A stretch of DNA of 64,000 nt from Desulfatiglandales bacterium (lineage in GTDB: Bacteria > Desulfobacterota > DSM-4660 > Desulfatiglandales > Desulfatiglandaceae). Made by a program: the position numbers and the translations under genes. Location of the stretch: assembly GCA_963666345.1 (NCBI GenBank), contig OY762721.1, positions 1,056,001 through 1,120,000 on the forward strand, read 5' to 3'. This document shows, piece by piece, positions 18,679 to 29,373 of the stretch. Below the pieces are notes generated by a model. That model was given only the letters and a program-made list of their open reading frames with translations, was not told the DNA's origin and ran no database searches. Each line of letters begins with the position of its first letter. Position 1 is the stretch's first letter.

Positions 18679-18965
18679 TTCAAGCCCTCTATAATACTTC
18701 CATTACAGGAAGGGCCTCTGTTGCCGTAACTGGTTACTATTTTGGGATTATCTTACGATTATTTGAAGTTCATCAGGGAAAACAGATGGATCACCTTCAA
18801 CTGAGCAGTTGCAAACCATGAGGGTATTAAAACCCACACTGTGGCAACCCAGTGATTACTTGGATGACAGGCCAGGTTTCATAATGATTACAGTTATTGA
18901 CAATCCGGGAATATCAATCGGTCCGGACCAAGGATCCCAGTGAAAGCCTGGCCAGGCAAAGAACC

Positions 18966-20420
18966 TTAACCGGATATCCTCTTAAGCTTTCCCTGAAGTA
19001 TCCTCCTTGAAATGCCCAGGAACCTGGCCGTCGCGGTCTGATTTCCCTGATTCTTCTTGAGCGCCCTTTTTATTATCTCCTGCTCAAGGAGATCAAGATC
19101 CACTCCCTTGTCCGGGAGTTCAAAATTATCCCGCCCCAGCACAGGTACGCGTGAATAAGAAAAGTCAGGCTGGGAATCAAGGTCACTGACAAAATATAGA
19201 TCATCCGCCTCAACCGTAGCGTCTGTTTTCATTATTGCGAGCCTTTCCATGGCGTTTTTGAGCTGTCTGACATTGCCGGGCCATGAGAATCCGTTCAAAA
19301 AGGTCTCTGCCTCCGGTTTAAACCTTGTGAATCTCTTTCCCTTTCTGGAAAAGGCCCTGCTTATGAACCGTTGAGCAAGGGGAAGGATGTCATCAACCCT
19401 CTCCCTTAAAGGAGGGATATGTATGCTGCCCATGTTTATCCGGTAAAACAGATCAAGTCTGAAGTTCTTACTCGATACCGCCTGCTGAAGATTTTTGTTG
19501 GTGGCGCAGATGATCCTGATATCGACAGGCCTTTCCTCAACACTTCCAAGACGCTGCACCTTTTTATCCTCAATGACTCGAAGCAGTTTTACCTGCAGGT
19601 TCAAGGGCATTTCTCCTATTTCATCAAAGAAGATCGTCCCGCCGCTTGCCGCCTCCAGCTTACCCATTTTCCCCGATCTGGTCGCCCCTGTATATGCGCC
19701 CGGTTCATGTCCAAAAAGCTCTCCTTCTATCAATTCATGGGAAAGTGCCCCGCAGTTTATGGCGATAAAAGGCGTTGTGGTGCTCCCATGGCCGAAGTAA
19801 TGGATATACTGGGCAATCAACTCTTTTCCCGTGCCGCTCTCCCCTTCAATGAGTACCGGTACAGACCTGTCTGAGCTGTATTTTTCAGCCTGATCGATCA
19901 CATCGCGCATGCGTTCGGAATACACAAGGAGCCCGTCGAGCCCTATTTCTTCCAGATAGGAGGCACGAATCCGTGCCGTCTCTCCCCTAACAATACTTTT
20001 TTCTATTTCAATACGCTCGGTAAACTCGCTTTTCAGGGAAAGGTAGTTTCTCCTCAAGGCGGCGTATTCGGCCGAGCGTTCGATGGTTATGGCCAGCTCC
20101 CGGACATTTATTGGTTTGATCAGATAATCAAAGGCCCCGTATTTCAGGGCCTTTATGGCATTGTCCATATCTCCGTGACCGGTTACGACAATCACGTCGA
20201 CAGGTGACTGTTCCACCACCTTGACACGTCTCAGAAGCTCAAGCCCATCCATTTCCGGCATTCGGATATCGGTAATTATGAGATTGAAATCACCGGAATG
20301 GAATGCCTGCAGGCCCTTGCTGCCGTTAAATGCGCAGGTGACATTATGCCCCAGCTTGCCAAGGAAACCGGCAAGGCTCTTGCAGGCATCTCGTTCATCA
20401 TCTATAAGCAGTATCTCCAT
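18966..20420 (-). CDS. sigma54-dependent response regulator (NtrC family)
   Basis: Receiver domain (DIRMP), Walker A GESGTGKE, GAYTGA loop, DEIGE, WPGNVRQL and a Fis-type HTH. Confidence 0.93.
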   Translation of the reverse strand: MEILLIDDERDACKSLAGFLGKLGHNVTCAFNGSKGLQAFHSGDFNLIITDIRMPEMDGLELLRRVKVVEQSPVDVIVVTGHGDMDNAIKALKYGAFDYLIKPINVRELAITIERSAEYAALRRNYLSLKSEFTERIEIEKSIVRGETARIRASYLEEIGLDGLLVYSERMRDVIDQAEKYSSDRSVPVLIEGESGTGKELIAQYIHYFGHGSTTTPFIAINCGALSHELIEGELFGHEPGAYTGATRSGKMGKLEAASGGTIFFDEIGEMPLNLQVKLLRVIEDKKVQRLGSVEERPVDIRIICATNKNLQQAVSSKNFRLDLFYRINMGSIHIPPLRERVDDILPLAQRFISRAFSRKGKRFTRFKPEAETFLNGFSWPGNVRQLKNAMERLAIMKTDATVEADDLYFVSDLDSQPDFSYSRVPVLGRDNFELPDKGVDLDLLEQEIIKRALKKNQGNQTATARFLGISRRILQGKLKRISG

Positions 20421-20617
20421 TTAAATGCCGCCTCTTCATTTAGTTGTCTTGAATTTGTGCCTGGAAATTTGATATCTGAATAATCTTTGGCATGTCAAGA
20501 TGTTTCGGCTTAAGATAGAATCGGTACGGGCATCAACAGACCATTTAACCGGTTTTAGGTTATTCCTAAACCGCTCCGCTGTTCAGTGAACAAAGACCTG
20601 AAAGGGGGACCCTTTTC

Positions 20618-23251
20618 ATGAGTATAAAAAAGAAACGATTCTGCATGGTATTCATACTGGCCTGTCTTTTTTTGACACCGGCATATTCCAATGCAGTGCA
20701 AAAAAGGAACGTCCTCGTGCTTAATTCCTATCATCCCGGTTTCTCCTGGACTGATAGTATACTTAAGGGGATAAGGTCAGTCCTTAAGCCAAAGAACGGC
20801 ATTGAACTTTTTGTGGAATATATGGACACAAAGAGACATGACACAGAAGATTATTTTCAAAGATTGAAAGCCCTATATGAAATCAAATATATGAAAAAGA
20901 AAATAGATGTCATATTGTCTTCGGACGACCATGCCCTTGATTTTCTGCTCAAATACCGTAATGAGCTTTTCCCTGGAGTGCCTGTGGTCTTTTGTGGAGT
21001 GGATCGTGTTGAACCTGAACGCATTGCTGGTCATGACCGCATCTTCGGTGTTGAAGAGGGTTTGGAATTTGAAAAAAATATCCGTATGGCCCTGCGCCTC
21101 CATCCTGAGGTTGAATCCATTGCAATTGTTGGAGATTTTACCAAATCATCACTTTCATATCTTGGAAAAATCAAAAAGATAGAGGCCAAACTCTCGGGCC
21201 AGGTCAGGTTCGATTATCTCACGAATTTGACAGTGAAGGAGCTTCAAAATGCCATAAAGCAACTACCCTATAATTCGTTTATAATGTATCTGATTTTAAC
21301 CCGAGACAGAAACGGCCTGGTCCTGTCTCTAGAGGAAGGCCTTTCGCTAATCGGAAAAAATTCTCACGTTCCTGTCTACATTGCTTGGGAAACCCCCCTT
21401 GGACCTAACGTAATGGGAGGTGATATTGCTAGCGCCTTCAAACAGGGCGCAACATCTGCCAGCCTTGTAAAAAGAATCCTGGCCGGAGAGCCCCTTGAAA
21501 GTCTCCCCAAACTTCAAGTAGGGCCCCATGTAAGGCTCTTCAACTACCCGGTCATGCGCCGGTATGGACTTAAAAAGACCGACCTTCCCAAGGACAGTAT
21601 TATTGTAAATGAGCCCTATTCCTTTTACAGGGAACACAGGACACTTGTCTGGAACGTTATGGCTGCCTTCATGGGGCTCGTATTGATAGTCGTACTCCTT
21701 TCGGTAAACATACTGAGCAGAAAAAGGGCTGAAAAAGAGCTCCTGGCAAGCGAGACACGTCTCAAGTCGCTCCTGGAAACCGCGAACGAAGGCTTCTGGG
21801 AAATAGACAACGATTCCAGGGTAGTCGATCTCAATCCTGAGATGTGCAAGATCGTGGGTAGAGACAGGCAGGAGATTGTGGGTCTCACCGCCTATAATTT
21901 CCTGGATGAACCCAATCAGGAAATCTTCCAAAAGGAGATGGCAATCAGAAAAAAGGGGATAAGGAGTTCCTATGAATTACAGTTTACGCATCCTGACGGG
22001 AAAAATATCCACTGTCTTGTAAACGCAAGCCCCCTTTTCGGTGAGTACCAGGGCAAGATCGGCTCCTTTGCCATGATAACCGACATATCTGAGAGAAAAC
22101 GGGTGGAGGAGCAGCTCATAACGAGCAAAAGGGTGCTTGCACAGTCGGAATCGATGTACAGGGCTATCTCCGAGTTTGCCGATTTCGGCATCATGCTTCT
22201 CGGGCAGAAGGAAATCATATACAGCAACCAGAGGTTGGCCTATTTCATGGATATAAAGGCCGGGTCTATTTCAAAATCCGATCTTTTCGCATGGATATGC
22301 GAGGAAGACCTGTCAGGTTTTAAACGCTCCCTTGGAAATCTTCTCAAGGGTGCATACGAAGGACCTGTCCGGTTTGAATTCCGGGGACAGAACAGCTCAG
22401 GCCTGAGGGATTATCTGGCTCACGCGCAGTTGATGGATTACAGCGAAAACACCGTGGTCCATATGTTCCTGGAAGATATTACGGAACAAAAAGAGATGAC
22501 CAGGAGGGCGAGACTTAACGAACTCAGGATGTATCATGAAGACAGGCTCTCAGCCCTTGGAGTCATGGCTACCGGCATCGCTCACGAACTAAACCAGCCC
22601 CTGAATACCATCAGGGTCCTGACGGAAGGCTTTTTGTTCGGCAGGGACGAGGGATGGGATCTTGATACACAGGAGGTGTTTGATCACCTCGAGATGATTT
22701 CCCGCCAGGTGGTTCGCATGAGCCAGATAATACAGAACATAAGAAACTTCGCCCGTGAGGATAGAGTTCGGGACGCAAATGAAATAGATCCGAACAAGGC
22801 CATAGAGGATGTATTTTCCATGCTCGGCACACAGCTTGAGGTTCACGGTATACGGGTGGAAAAATTCATTGAGGCCAAGGTGCCAAAAATCAGGGCAAAT
22901 TTGAATCGCCTTGAACAGGTCATCATGAATCTGCTTGTCAATGCCAGACAGGCACTGGATGGATGTGAAAAAGAGCGTAAGATTATATGGCTAAAAACAG
23001 GGGCGCGTTACGACCAGGTCTTTATCGAGGTAGGAGATAATGCCACCGGCATCCCTGAAAAAGAGATGTCCAAGATTTTTGACCCCTTTTATTCCACCAA
23101 AGAGGTAGGAAAAGGCACCGGACTGGGGCTTTCAATCAGCAAGACGATCGTATCCGAATTCAGGGGTCGTCTGGAGGCATACAACAACAAGGAAGGCGGC
23201 GCCACTTTTTTCATTACCGTGCCATGCAGCCATGAAACTCAGGAGGTATAA
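20618..23251 (+). CDS. Sensor histidine kinase with periplasmic binding-protein-like domain and PAS domains
   Basis: Signal peptide, VLNSYH periplasmic domain, TM helix, PAS/PAC, GIAHELNQPL H-box, GKGTGLGL G2 box. Confidence 0.92.
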   Translation: MSIKKKRFCMVFILACLFLTPAYSNAVQKRNVLVLNSYHPGFSWTDSILKGIRSVLKPKNGIELFVEYMDTKRHDTEDYFQRLKALYEIKYMKKKIDVILSSDDHALDFLLKYRNELFPGVPVVFCGVDRVEPERIAGHDRIFGVEEGLEFEKNIRMALRLHPEVESIAIVGDFTKSSLSYLGKIKKIEAKLSGQVRFDYLTNLTVKELQNAIKQLPYNSFIMYLILTRDRNGLVLSLEEGLSLIGKNSHVPVYIAWETPLGPNVMGGDIASAFKQGATSASLVKRILAGEPLESLPKLQVGPHVRLFNYPVMRRYGLKKTDLPKDSIIVNEPYSFYREHRTLVWNVMAAFMGLVLIVVLLSVNILSRKRAEKELLASETRLKSLLETANEGFWEIDNDSRVVDLNPEMCKIVGRDRQEIVGLTAYNFLDEPNQEIFQKEMAIRKKGIRSSYELQFTHPDGKNIHCLVNASPLFGEYQGKIGSFAMITDISERKRVEEQLITSKRVLAQSESMYRAISEFADFGIMLLGQKEIIYSNQRLAYFMDIKAGSISKSDLFAWICEEDLSGFKRSLGNLLKGAYEGPVRFEFRGQNSSGLRDYLAHAQLMDYSENTVVHMFLEDITEQKEMTRRARLNELRMYHEDRLSALGVMATGIAHELNQPLNTIRVLTEGFLFGRDEGWDLDTQEVFDHLEMISRQVVRMSQIIQNIRNFAREDRVRDANEIDPNKAIEDVFSMLGTQLEVHGIRVEKFIEAKVPKIRANLNRLEQVIMNLLVNARQALDGCEKERKIIWLKTGARYDQVFIEVGDNATGIPEKEMSKIFDPFYSTKEVGKGTGLGLSISKTIVSEFRGRLEAYNNKEGGATFFITVPCSHETQEV

Positions 23252-23453
23252 ATCAGATTTACTCCGTAATCGGAGAAAACCATGCCCGGATGAACATGAG
23301 CTTTAATATTTGAGAAATGATCGGCTGCCGATCTTTCACAGGGAACACGGGGAAAAAGGCAATGAGTAAAGGAAACCTATCCTGACTTATTCAAACAGGG
23401 CCATTTTTACGACCCGGCTCAGAGGGCAGGGTTTTCTATAATAGGATAAAGGG

Positions 23454-24014
23454 TCAAAGAGGGGGAGGGAAGCCCTGAATCCTTGCAAGCATTTTGTCCA
23501 GCTCCTCCAGCATAAGATGGAGATGATTGTGCAGGTCATGATCATCTTCCACCTCGTGAAGAATGATGCCTTGACCCTGTGGTGATCTTTCGATCAATCC
23601 ATGTATGGCCTCCAAGGGTATCACTTCGTCTCTTATGCCTGCTATGATTACAGATGGAATACCACTAGGTATATAGACAGATGAAAGCATTTTTTCTTGA
23701 ACATCGGTAAATACCCCCGGCACAGCGCCCCCAACGGCCGGTGCCATAAGGACAAGCCCCCTGACCATTTCCGGTTTTTCCATTGCAAACTGAATAGCAG
23801 TAAGCCCTCCCATGGATGTCCCGGTCAGCAGGACCGGCTCTTTTATAGCCTTTTGAGCCTCCCTGAGGCGCTCAGATAACCCGGGGGAAAGCTTAGGGGT
23901 TATGCAATCCGGATAGGTTTCTCTTATAATGCTTCCCTTTGTGCCCCAAGGGCTGCTGTCCAGACCATGAAAAAAGCATATCGGTATTCTTTTTCGACGG
24001 GTTTTTCCAGCCAT
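23454..24014 (-). CDS. Small alpha/beta hydrolase (YqiA/YcfP-like esterase)
   Basis: FHGLDSS, GTSMGG nucleophile elbow, DEVIP and DDHDL motifs. Confidence 0.8.
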   Translation of the reverse strand: MAGKTRRKRIPICFFHGLDSSPWGTKGSIIRETYPDCITPKLSPGLSERLREAQKAIKEPVLLTGTSMGGLTAIQFAMEKPEMVRGLVLMAPAVGGAVPGVFTDVQEKMLSSVYIPSGIPSVIIAGIRDEVIPLEAIHGLIERSPQGQGIILHEVEDDHDLHNHLHLMLEELDKMLARIQGFPPPL

Positions 24015-24375
24015 CTTATTTCCTTAATCAGATTAAGGCATTATCTGCTCTGACCTAACATGCCTTCAATTTAACAGTATAGTATTATTAGGAAGCATTT
24101 GGCAGTTGTAAAGCCTTCCGCGTGAAGATCCGCATTTTATGTTTGGAAACCAGCGCGGTTCTCGCTTTGTTGTTAGTCAAAAGCGATCTTTTACAAAAAC
24201 CATATTGCTTTACAGGCATTATGCCCCGTGATAAAATTATAATAAAGTAGGGTCAATTGACTTAAAAGGGATAAGAAAAGATCTCATGAAGTATTGCCTG
24301 GGTTATCTATTTTATTGTTAATTTAGAATGTGGTGCCACAAACTATTTTAACCCTAATAGATCGAAAGGAGGTCC

Positions 24376-25206
24376 GTGATGAATTTCATTACCATATCGA
24401 GAAAAATCGGAACAGGCGGGAGCATGATCGCCGAGAAAGTCGCGAGGGAAATAGGGTATAATTTTGTAGACACCGAAGCAATCATGAAAAAGGCAGGTGA
24501 AATGGGCTTTTCCGAAGATGTCGAAAAAATTGATGAAAAACGCCCTTCACTTTTTAACAGGCTCTTTTCACATGAACCCGCTATCGGTCTCAACAGGCTC
24601 AATTCGGTAATCTATGAACTTGCAAATGAGGGAGACGCTGTGTTTGTCGGACGGGGCGGACACATGCTTTTAAGATCATTTGACTGCGCCCTGCATGTCA
24701 GGATTACAGGCTCACATGAAACATGTCTGCAAAATCTTGTTAATCGAGGATTTACACCTGATGCTGCAAAACACAGGATAGAGAGTGTCACAAGGGAGAG
24801 ATCCGCCTTTATAAAATACGCCTTTGGAAAGGAAATAGAAGATCCCAAACAGTATGATGTGACATTCAATATGGATAAATTGACAGCGGATTCAGTCATA
24901 GACACCATCGTGCAAATGGCCGGTTCGGACAAGATAAAGGCGGTCTGCTCCTATGACGCCCTGGAGAGCCTGGGGAAACTGGCGCTTCGCGACCGCGTTG
25001 ATGCGGCCCTGCTGGAATCGGGCGTCTCATGGGGTCTTAATTCCACGGTCAATGTATTCGTGGAAGAGGCCGGCCAGGTAATCCTCAAGGGCTCGGTCGA
25101 TGACACCGCATCCACCATAAGGGCTGAAGAGGTATCAAAGGGGGTAAAAGGGGTCGAAAAGGTAATAAACGAAATCAGAATCACACCCGCGGACCGCCAT
25201 GCCTAG
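24376..25206 (+). CDS. Cytidylate kinase-like family protein with a C-terminal BON domain
   Basis: ITISRKIGTGG and VFVGRGG motifs; C-terminal VILKGSV...VKGVEKVINEI. GGAGG SD. Confidence 0.8.
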   Translation: MMNFITISRKIGTGGSMIAEKVAREIGYNFVDTEAIMKKAGEMGFSEDVEKIDEKRPSLFNRLFSHEPAIGLNRLNSVIYELANEGDAVFVGRGGHMLLRSFDCALHVRITGSHETCLQNLVNRGFTPDAAKHRIESVTRERSAFIKYAFGKEIEDPKQYDVTFNMDKLTADSVIDTIVQMAGSDKIKAVCSYDALESLGKLALRDRVDAALLESGVSWGLNSTVNVFVEEAGQVILKGSVDDTASTIRAEEVSKGVKGVEKVINEIRITPADRHA

Positions 25207-25223
25207 GGCTTAAACTAAGATAA

Positions 25224-25258
25224 AAAGCCGCATCCCCCCAAAAAAAGGATGCGGCTTT
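25224..25258. terminator. Likely bidirectional intrinsic terminator between convergent genes
   Basis: AAAGCCGCATCC-N11-GGATGCGGCTTT. Confidence 0.75.
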
Positions 25259-25357
25259 CATATTACAGGCAATTATCAGCCGCACTTTAAGCCGGCACCG
25301 GCAAAACATGCAGTACTGCTGATACGGTTTTGCCGTCCGGATGGTTTTACGGCAAAA

Positions 25358-25576
25358 TCAGCCTTCACCACGTTCTTCATTAGGGAAGATATTCTCAAAT
25401 CCCTTTATATAGCCGTAGACGATAAAGCCAATCGTCCCTATCACCAGCACTCCGCACACTAACGTCACTATATTTGGCCACATGACGAACATCTTACCAT
25501 TGATTACTATTGCCGCGATACCGGCGAGGATAGCCGCAGTGCATATTATCCCGCATATCTTCAAAAACTTTTGCAT
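25358..25576 (-). CDS. Small two-TM membrane protein, unknown function
   Basis: 72 aa, AAGGAG SD, two hydrophobic stretches. Confidence 0.65.
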   Translation of the reverse strand: MQKFLKICGIICTAAILAGIAAIVINGKMFVMWPNIVTLVCGVLVIGTIGFIVYGYIKGFENIFPNEERGEG

Positions 25577-25665
25577 CGCTCGATCTCCTTTATTTCATGA
25601 CTCAAATGGCCTTTCCGCTCTCGGAAATACCAGATAAACTTATCGTTACATGGTTGTATTTTATA

Positions 25666-26139
25666 CTAAACATTTAAGACAAGGCCTTTAAAGGTCAAAT
25701 TACTGTTATTTCTGCGCATCACATTAAGGATCTTTGTAAGATCACTGCTTGAGATTACGCTGAAAAGATAAGCCTTTTCCCTTGCAAGCCTGAATCTCAG
25801 GAACACCGTCGGAATAAAGGAAAGACGAGGGCCCTCGACAATTGTTATGTCCGTCGGTTCGAGGCGAAGCACCCGCCTGAAGCTTCTGAGTTCTATTTTG
25901 CCCTGCTCGTTTACAGCAATCCTGTAGGAAATCGCAAGACACCAGTACCAGGTGTACGCGATCACAAAACCTATCATAGCGAGCTGGCCTATGGGCCAGT
26001 CGGCATTCAACGCCTTTACGCCTATCAGGTAGACGCAGATTGCGGTCCAGGCCAGGAGCAGAAAGTAGAACACGCCCACATACATAAGAGGTGCCTCATA
26101 TACATAACTCTTCTTGGGCGGTTTCAGTCTATCCTTCAT
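25666..26139 (-). CDS. Hypothetical membrane protein (two TM plus a soluble domain)
   Basis: 157 aa ORF co-oriented downstream of dctM. Confidence 0.65.
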   Translation of the reverse strand: MKDRLKPPKKSYVYEAPLMYVGVFYFLLLAWTAICVYLIGVKALNADWPIGQLAMIGFVIAYTWYWCLAISYRIAVNEQGKIELRSFRRVLRLEPTDITIVEGPRLSFIPTVFLRFRLAREKAYLFSVISSSDLTKILNVMRRNNSNLTFKGLVLNV

Positions 26140-26238
26140 AATCCGATATATCCCTAAACTGCGTAAGCGCCCCTGGTAGCAGGGACGCCCATCGCATATG
26201 TTTACATCATATTCCTGTCAGCGTCAAAAAACGCCTGA

Positions 26239-27552
26239 TTAACCGTAAAATAGTTCAGGCAGATAAAGTGAAAGCCATTGGAACTTCATAACGCATATCA
26301 CTCCCAATACCTGAAGCCCTATAAATGGCGCAGCACCCTTCCAGATATCGGTAGTCTTTATCTCCGGCGGTGCCACCCCCTTTAGATAGAACAGGGCGTA
26401 GCCGAATGGTGGCGACAGGAAAGATATCTGCATGTTGGTGGCAAAAAGCACGCCGAACCACACAGGATCGAATCCCAGCTTGCGAACGATGGGTCCGAAT
26501 ATGGGTACGCAGAGCATAATGATCCCGGTCCAGTCGATAAAGCACCCGAGGAAAAGGAGGATACCCTGCATTGTAATAATGATTCCCCATTTTCCCATAC
26601 CTGATCCCATGAGCACCTCGGTAACGAAGTTGCCGCCCCCGCACATTACGTAGAGTCCCACGAATATGTTGGCGCCGAACATTGTCCAGAGGACCATTGC
26701 CGAGGACTTAAGGGTCTTCTCGGCGGCATCCACTATGCCTTTCCATGTAAGCTGCTTCTGGGCACCGGTAAGTATCATCGCGCCAAGCGCGCCCACCCCG
26801 GCCGCCTCCGTGGGAGCCGCGATACCTGTAAATATCGTGCCCAGCACCAGGAATATGATAATTCCGGGAGGCACCAGAGACAGAAGCAACACTACACGCT
26901 CCTTAAAAGGCATCCGCTCTTCCTCCGGCACCGGTGGGCCGAGTTTTGGGTTTATATAGCAGCGAATCGTGACATAACCTATAAAAAGGCTTGCCAGGAG
27001 AAGTCCCGGAAAAATTGCACCAGCATAGAGTTTTCCGATCGAGCTGTTGTCCACAAGGCCGTAAACGATGAGAAGCACGCTTGGCGGGATAAGGATACCA
27101 AGGGTTCCACCTGCAAGAATAGATCCGCAGGCAATGAATTTATTATATTTCCTGTTTAGCATCTGGGGAAGCGCGATAACACCCATTGTCACCTCGCTTG
27201 CACCGATGACGCCGCACATTGCCGCAAGCAGCGTACATGCGGCAACCGTTGCCGATGCGACCCCGCCTTTGATCCTTCCAAGCCACTGGTATGCGGTCTC
27301 ATATATCTTATGGATGATACCGGACTGCTCCAGGATACAGGCCATGAATATGAAAAGGGGAATAGCCGCCAGAAGGTAATTTATCATCAGGCCGAATATA
27401 CGCGTAGGCACGAGATTTACGGCCATAGGACCTTGCAGAATGGCGGTGAAAATAACCCCGATTGATCCGCAGGCAAATGCAACAGGGAGTCCCAGGCCCA
27501 GCAGGAAAAACAAAGAGCCGAACATAACTACTGTAAGCATCTCAATACTCAT
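26239..27552 (-). CDS. dctM: TRAP transporter large permease
   Basis: AIPLFIFMA, GGTLGILIPPS, APTEAAGVG and FLSPPFG motifs. Confidence 0.92.
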   Translation of the reverse strand: MSIEMLTVVMFGSLFFLLGLGLPVAFACGSIGVIFTAILQGPMAVNLVPTRIFGLMINYLLAAIPLFIFMACILEQSGIIHKIYETAYQWLGRIKGGVASATVAACTLLAAMCGVIGASEVTMGVIALPQMLNRKYNKFIACGSILAGGTLGILIPPSVLLIVYGLVDNSSIGKLYAGAIFPGLLLASLFIGYVTIRCYINPKLGPPVPEEERMPFKERVVLLLSLVPPGIIIFLVLGTIFTGIAAPTEAAGVGALGAMILTGAQKQLTWKGIVDAAEKTLKSSAMVLWTMFGANIFVGLYVMCGGGNFVTEVLMGSGMGKWGIIITMQGILLFLGCFIDWTGIIMLCVPIFGPIVRKLGFDPVWFGVLFATNMQISFLSPPFGYALFYLKGVAPPEIKTTDIWKGAAPFIGLQVLGVICVMKFQWLSLYLPELFYG

Positions 27553-28100
27553 TCTTCCATCTCCCTCCCTGTTACTGCAACGTGTATATCACGAATAGTC
27601 CAGACAACGTGTTGCAGGAATAAAAGAACCGCCCCAAAGGGCATCATGAATTTGACGGGATAGTAGGGGGGCGCCCAGTCCGTGAGGGACCTCTCTCCGA
27701 GAACGTGAATGCCCAGAAAGGTGCCTCCACCTTCCATTGTCTGAGAACTCCAGTAGAAATTCCAGGAGGTGTAGATCAGCACCACGAGAAACAAAAAGAA
27801 AAATATACTCGTAAATAGATCCAGGTAGGCCTTTGTCCGCCTCTTCCTTGTGGAATATATCACGTCTACGCGCACGTGAGCACGGTGAAAGTGGCAATAG
27901 CCGGCCACAAACATGTATTGTACGGCGAAAAGGAGCGTCATCAGTTCATGCCCCCAGTTGGTAGGCATGCCGAAGACATAGCGCATTATCACCTCAAAAC
28001 TTATGATGATAACCGCAAACAGCATGATGCCGACATTCACCTTGCCAATGAAGATGTTGGTTTTTTCAACGGCATCAATGAATTTTTTTAGTGCATTCAT
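27549..28100 (-). CDS. dctQ: TRAP transporter small permease
   Basis: EVIMRYVF.MPTNW and HVRVD motifs. Confidence 0.9.
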   Translation of the reverse strand: MNALKKFIDAVEKTNIFIGKVNVGIMLFAVIIISFEVIMRYVFGMPTNWGHELMTLLFAVQYMFVAGYCHFHRAHVRVDVIYSTRKRRTKAYLDLFTSIFFFLFLVVLIYTSWNFYWSSQTMEGGGTFLGIHVLGERSLTDWAPPYYPVKFMMPFGAVLLFLQHVVWTIRDIHVAVTGREMEE

Positions 28101-28187
28101 ATTACTTCCTCACATGTTGCAGATTTCCCGCCGGATACTGACTCCTTGTTAAGATATCTTCTGACCGGCTTCAACTCTGCATCAATA

Positions 28188-28224
28188 GAAAAAAGGGGAA
28201 GGGTACGAGCCCATCCCCTTTTTC
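28188..28224 (-). terminator. Terminator-like hairpin after dctP
   Basis: GAAAAAAGGGGA...TCCCCTTTTTC; U-tract on the minus strand. Confidence 0.7.
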
Positions 28225-28233
28225 AGGTTTCAA

Positions 28234-29373
28234 TTAGAATTTAAGTGGTTTCCCGTCAAGGTCAACCATATCCTTGTCTGTTATGTAGTTCATCTTAACG
28301 GACTTCATGAACTCGAGCTGGGTCTTGAATGCCTTCATGGCAAGAGGAGATTTCTTGGCCCATTTTATCCAGAAGGAAGGAGCAAATCTGCGGAACTTGG
28401 CGATTTCCGCTTCCGGAAGCCTGATGATCTCAACGCCCTGCTCTTGGAATTTAACAAAAGCCTTGATGTCTTCTGCCTGTATTGAACTGTACTGATCCCA
28501 TGAATGCCACTTCACCGCCGCCCTGAAGAAATCCTGCATATAGCCGGGAAGTTTGGCCCATGAACGTTTGTTGATCTCGATCGACATTAAGTCGACAGGC
28601 TGGTGCAGGCATGGGGTTGAAGGCGGACCCATGATGATGTATTTGGCGATCTCGCCGTAACCCAGGTTGTAGTTGATGGCCGCGCCGACAAAGTCGGCAC
28701 CGTCGATAACGCCCTTTTCAAGTGCAGGGTAGACCTCGCCGCCGGGCAGAAGAACCGTTGCGACACCGGCCGCCCTGTAGATATCAGCGATGATTCCACC
28801 GGGATAACGGATTTTCTTGCCCTTGAAGTCCTCGAAGGTCCTGATAGGGACCTTTGAGTGGATCAGGTTATCATCGTGCTGGATTGGTCCGATGTAGATC
28901 ATGTTGTGTTTTCCGTATGCTTCCTGTGCAAACTCTTTTCCACCGAGCTGCGCATACCATGTCTCCCACTGATCGGGCCTGTCAGGGCCGAAGGGATAGG
29001 AACTAAGGAATGTGGCCACAGGCATCTTGCCGGGCCAGTAGCAGTCAAAGCAATGCATGCCGTCAAAGACGCCGGCCTTGACCGCATCGAACATCTCAAA
29101 GGTTCCAACGATTGCGCCGGCTGGAAAACCCTCTATAATAAGTTTTCCCTCTGTCATTTCGCCAACGAGCTTGCAGAATTCCTGGAATTTTACATATCCT
29201 ACCGTACCGGCATCCCAGGCAGTCTGAATTTTGAGTTTAATGGGTTTTGCCGAAGCCGCTTTGGCAAAGGCGGGAACGCCTAAGGTGGTTGCTGCAGCAC
29301 CTGCTACCGCTGCTGTTTTGAGGAAACTACGACGGGACACATCATTTGTCTTTCCTTGATTCTTCTCACTCAT
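28234..29373 (-). CDS. dctP: Tat-exported TRAP substrate-binding protein, lactate/2-hydroxy- or 2-oxo-acid type
   Basis: SRRSFLK Tat motif. IQTAWDAGTVGY, DRPDQWETW and IMGPP.TP..HQPVDLM closely match my recollection of the Thermus lactate-binding protein TTHA0766. Confidence 0.88.
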   Translation of the reverse strand: MSEKNQGKTNDVSRRSFLKTAAVAGAAATTLGVPAFAKAASAKPIKLKIQTAWDAGTVGYVKFQEFCKLVGEMTEGKLIIEGFPAGAIVGTFEMFDAVKAGVFDGMHCFDCYWPGKMPVATFLSSYPFGPDRPDQWETWYAQLGGKEFAQEAYGKHNMIYIGPIQHDDNLIHSKVPIRTFEDFKGKKIRYPGGIIADIYRAAGVATVLLPGGEVYPALEKGVIDGADFVGAAINYNLGYGEIAKYIIMGPPSTPCLHQPVDLMSIEINKRSWAKLPGYMQDFFRAAVKWHSWDQYSSIQAEDIKAFVKFQEQGVEIIRLPEAEIAKFRRFAPSFWIKWAKKSPLAMKAFKTQLEFMKSVKMNYITDKDMVDLDGKPLKF

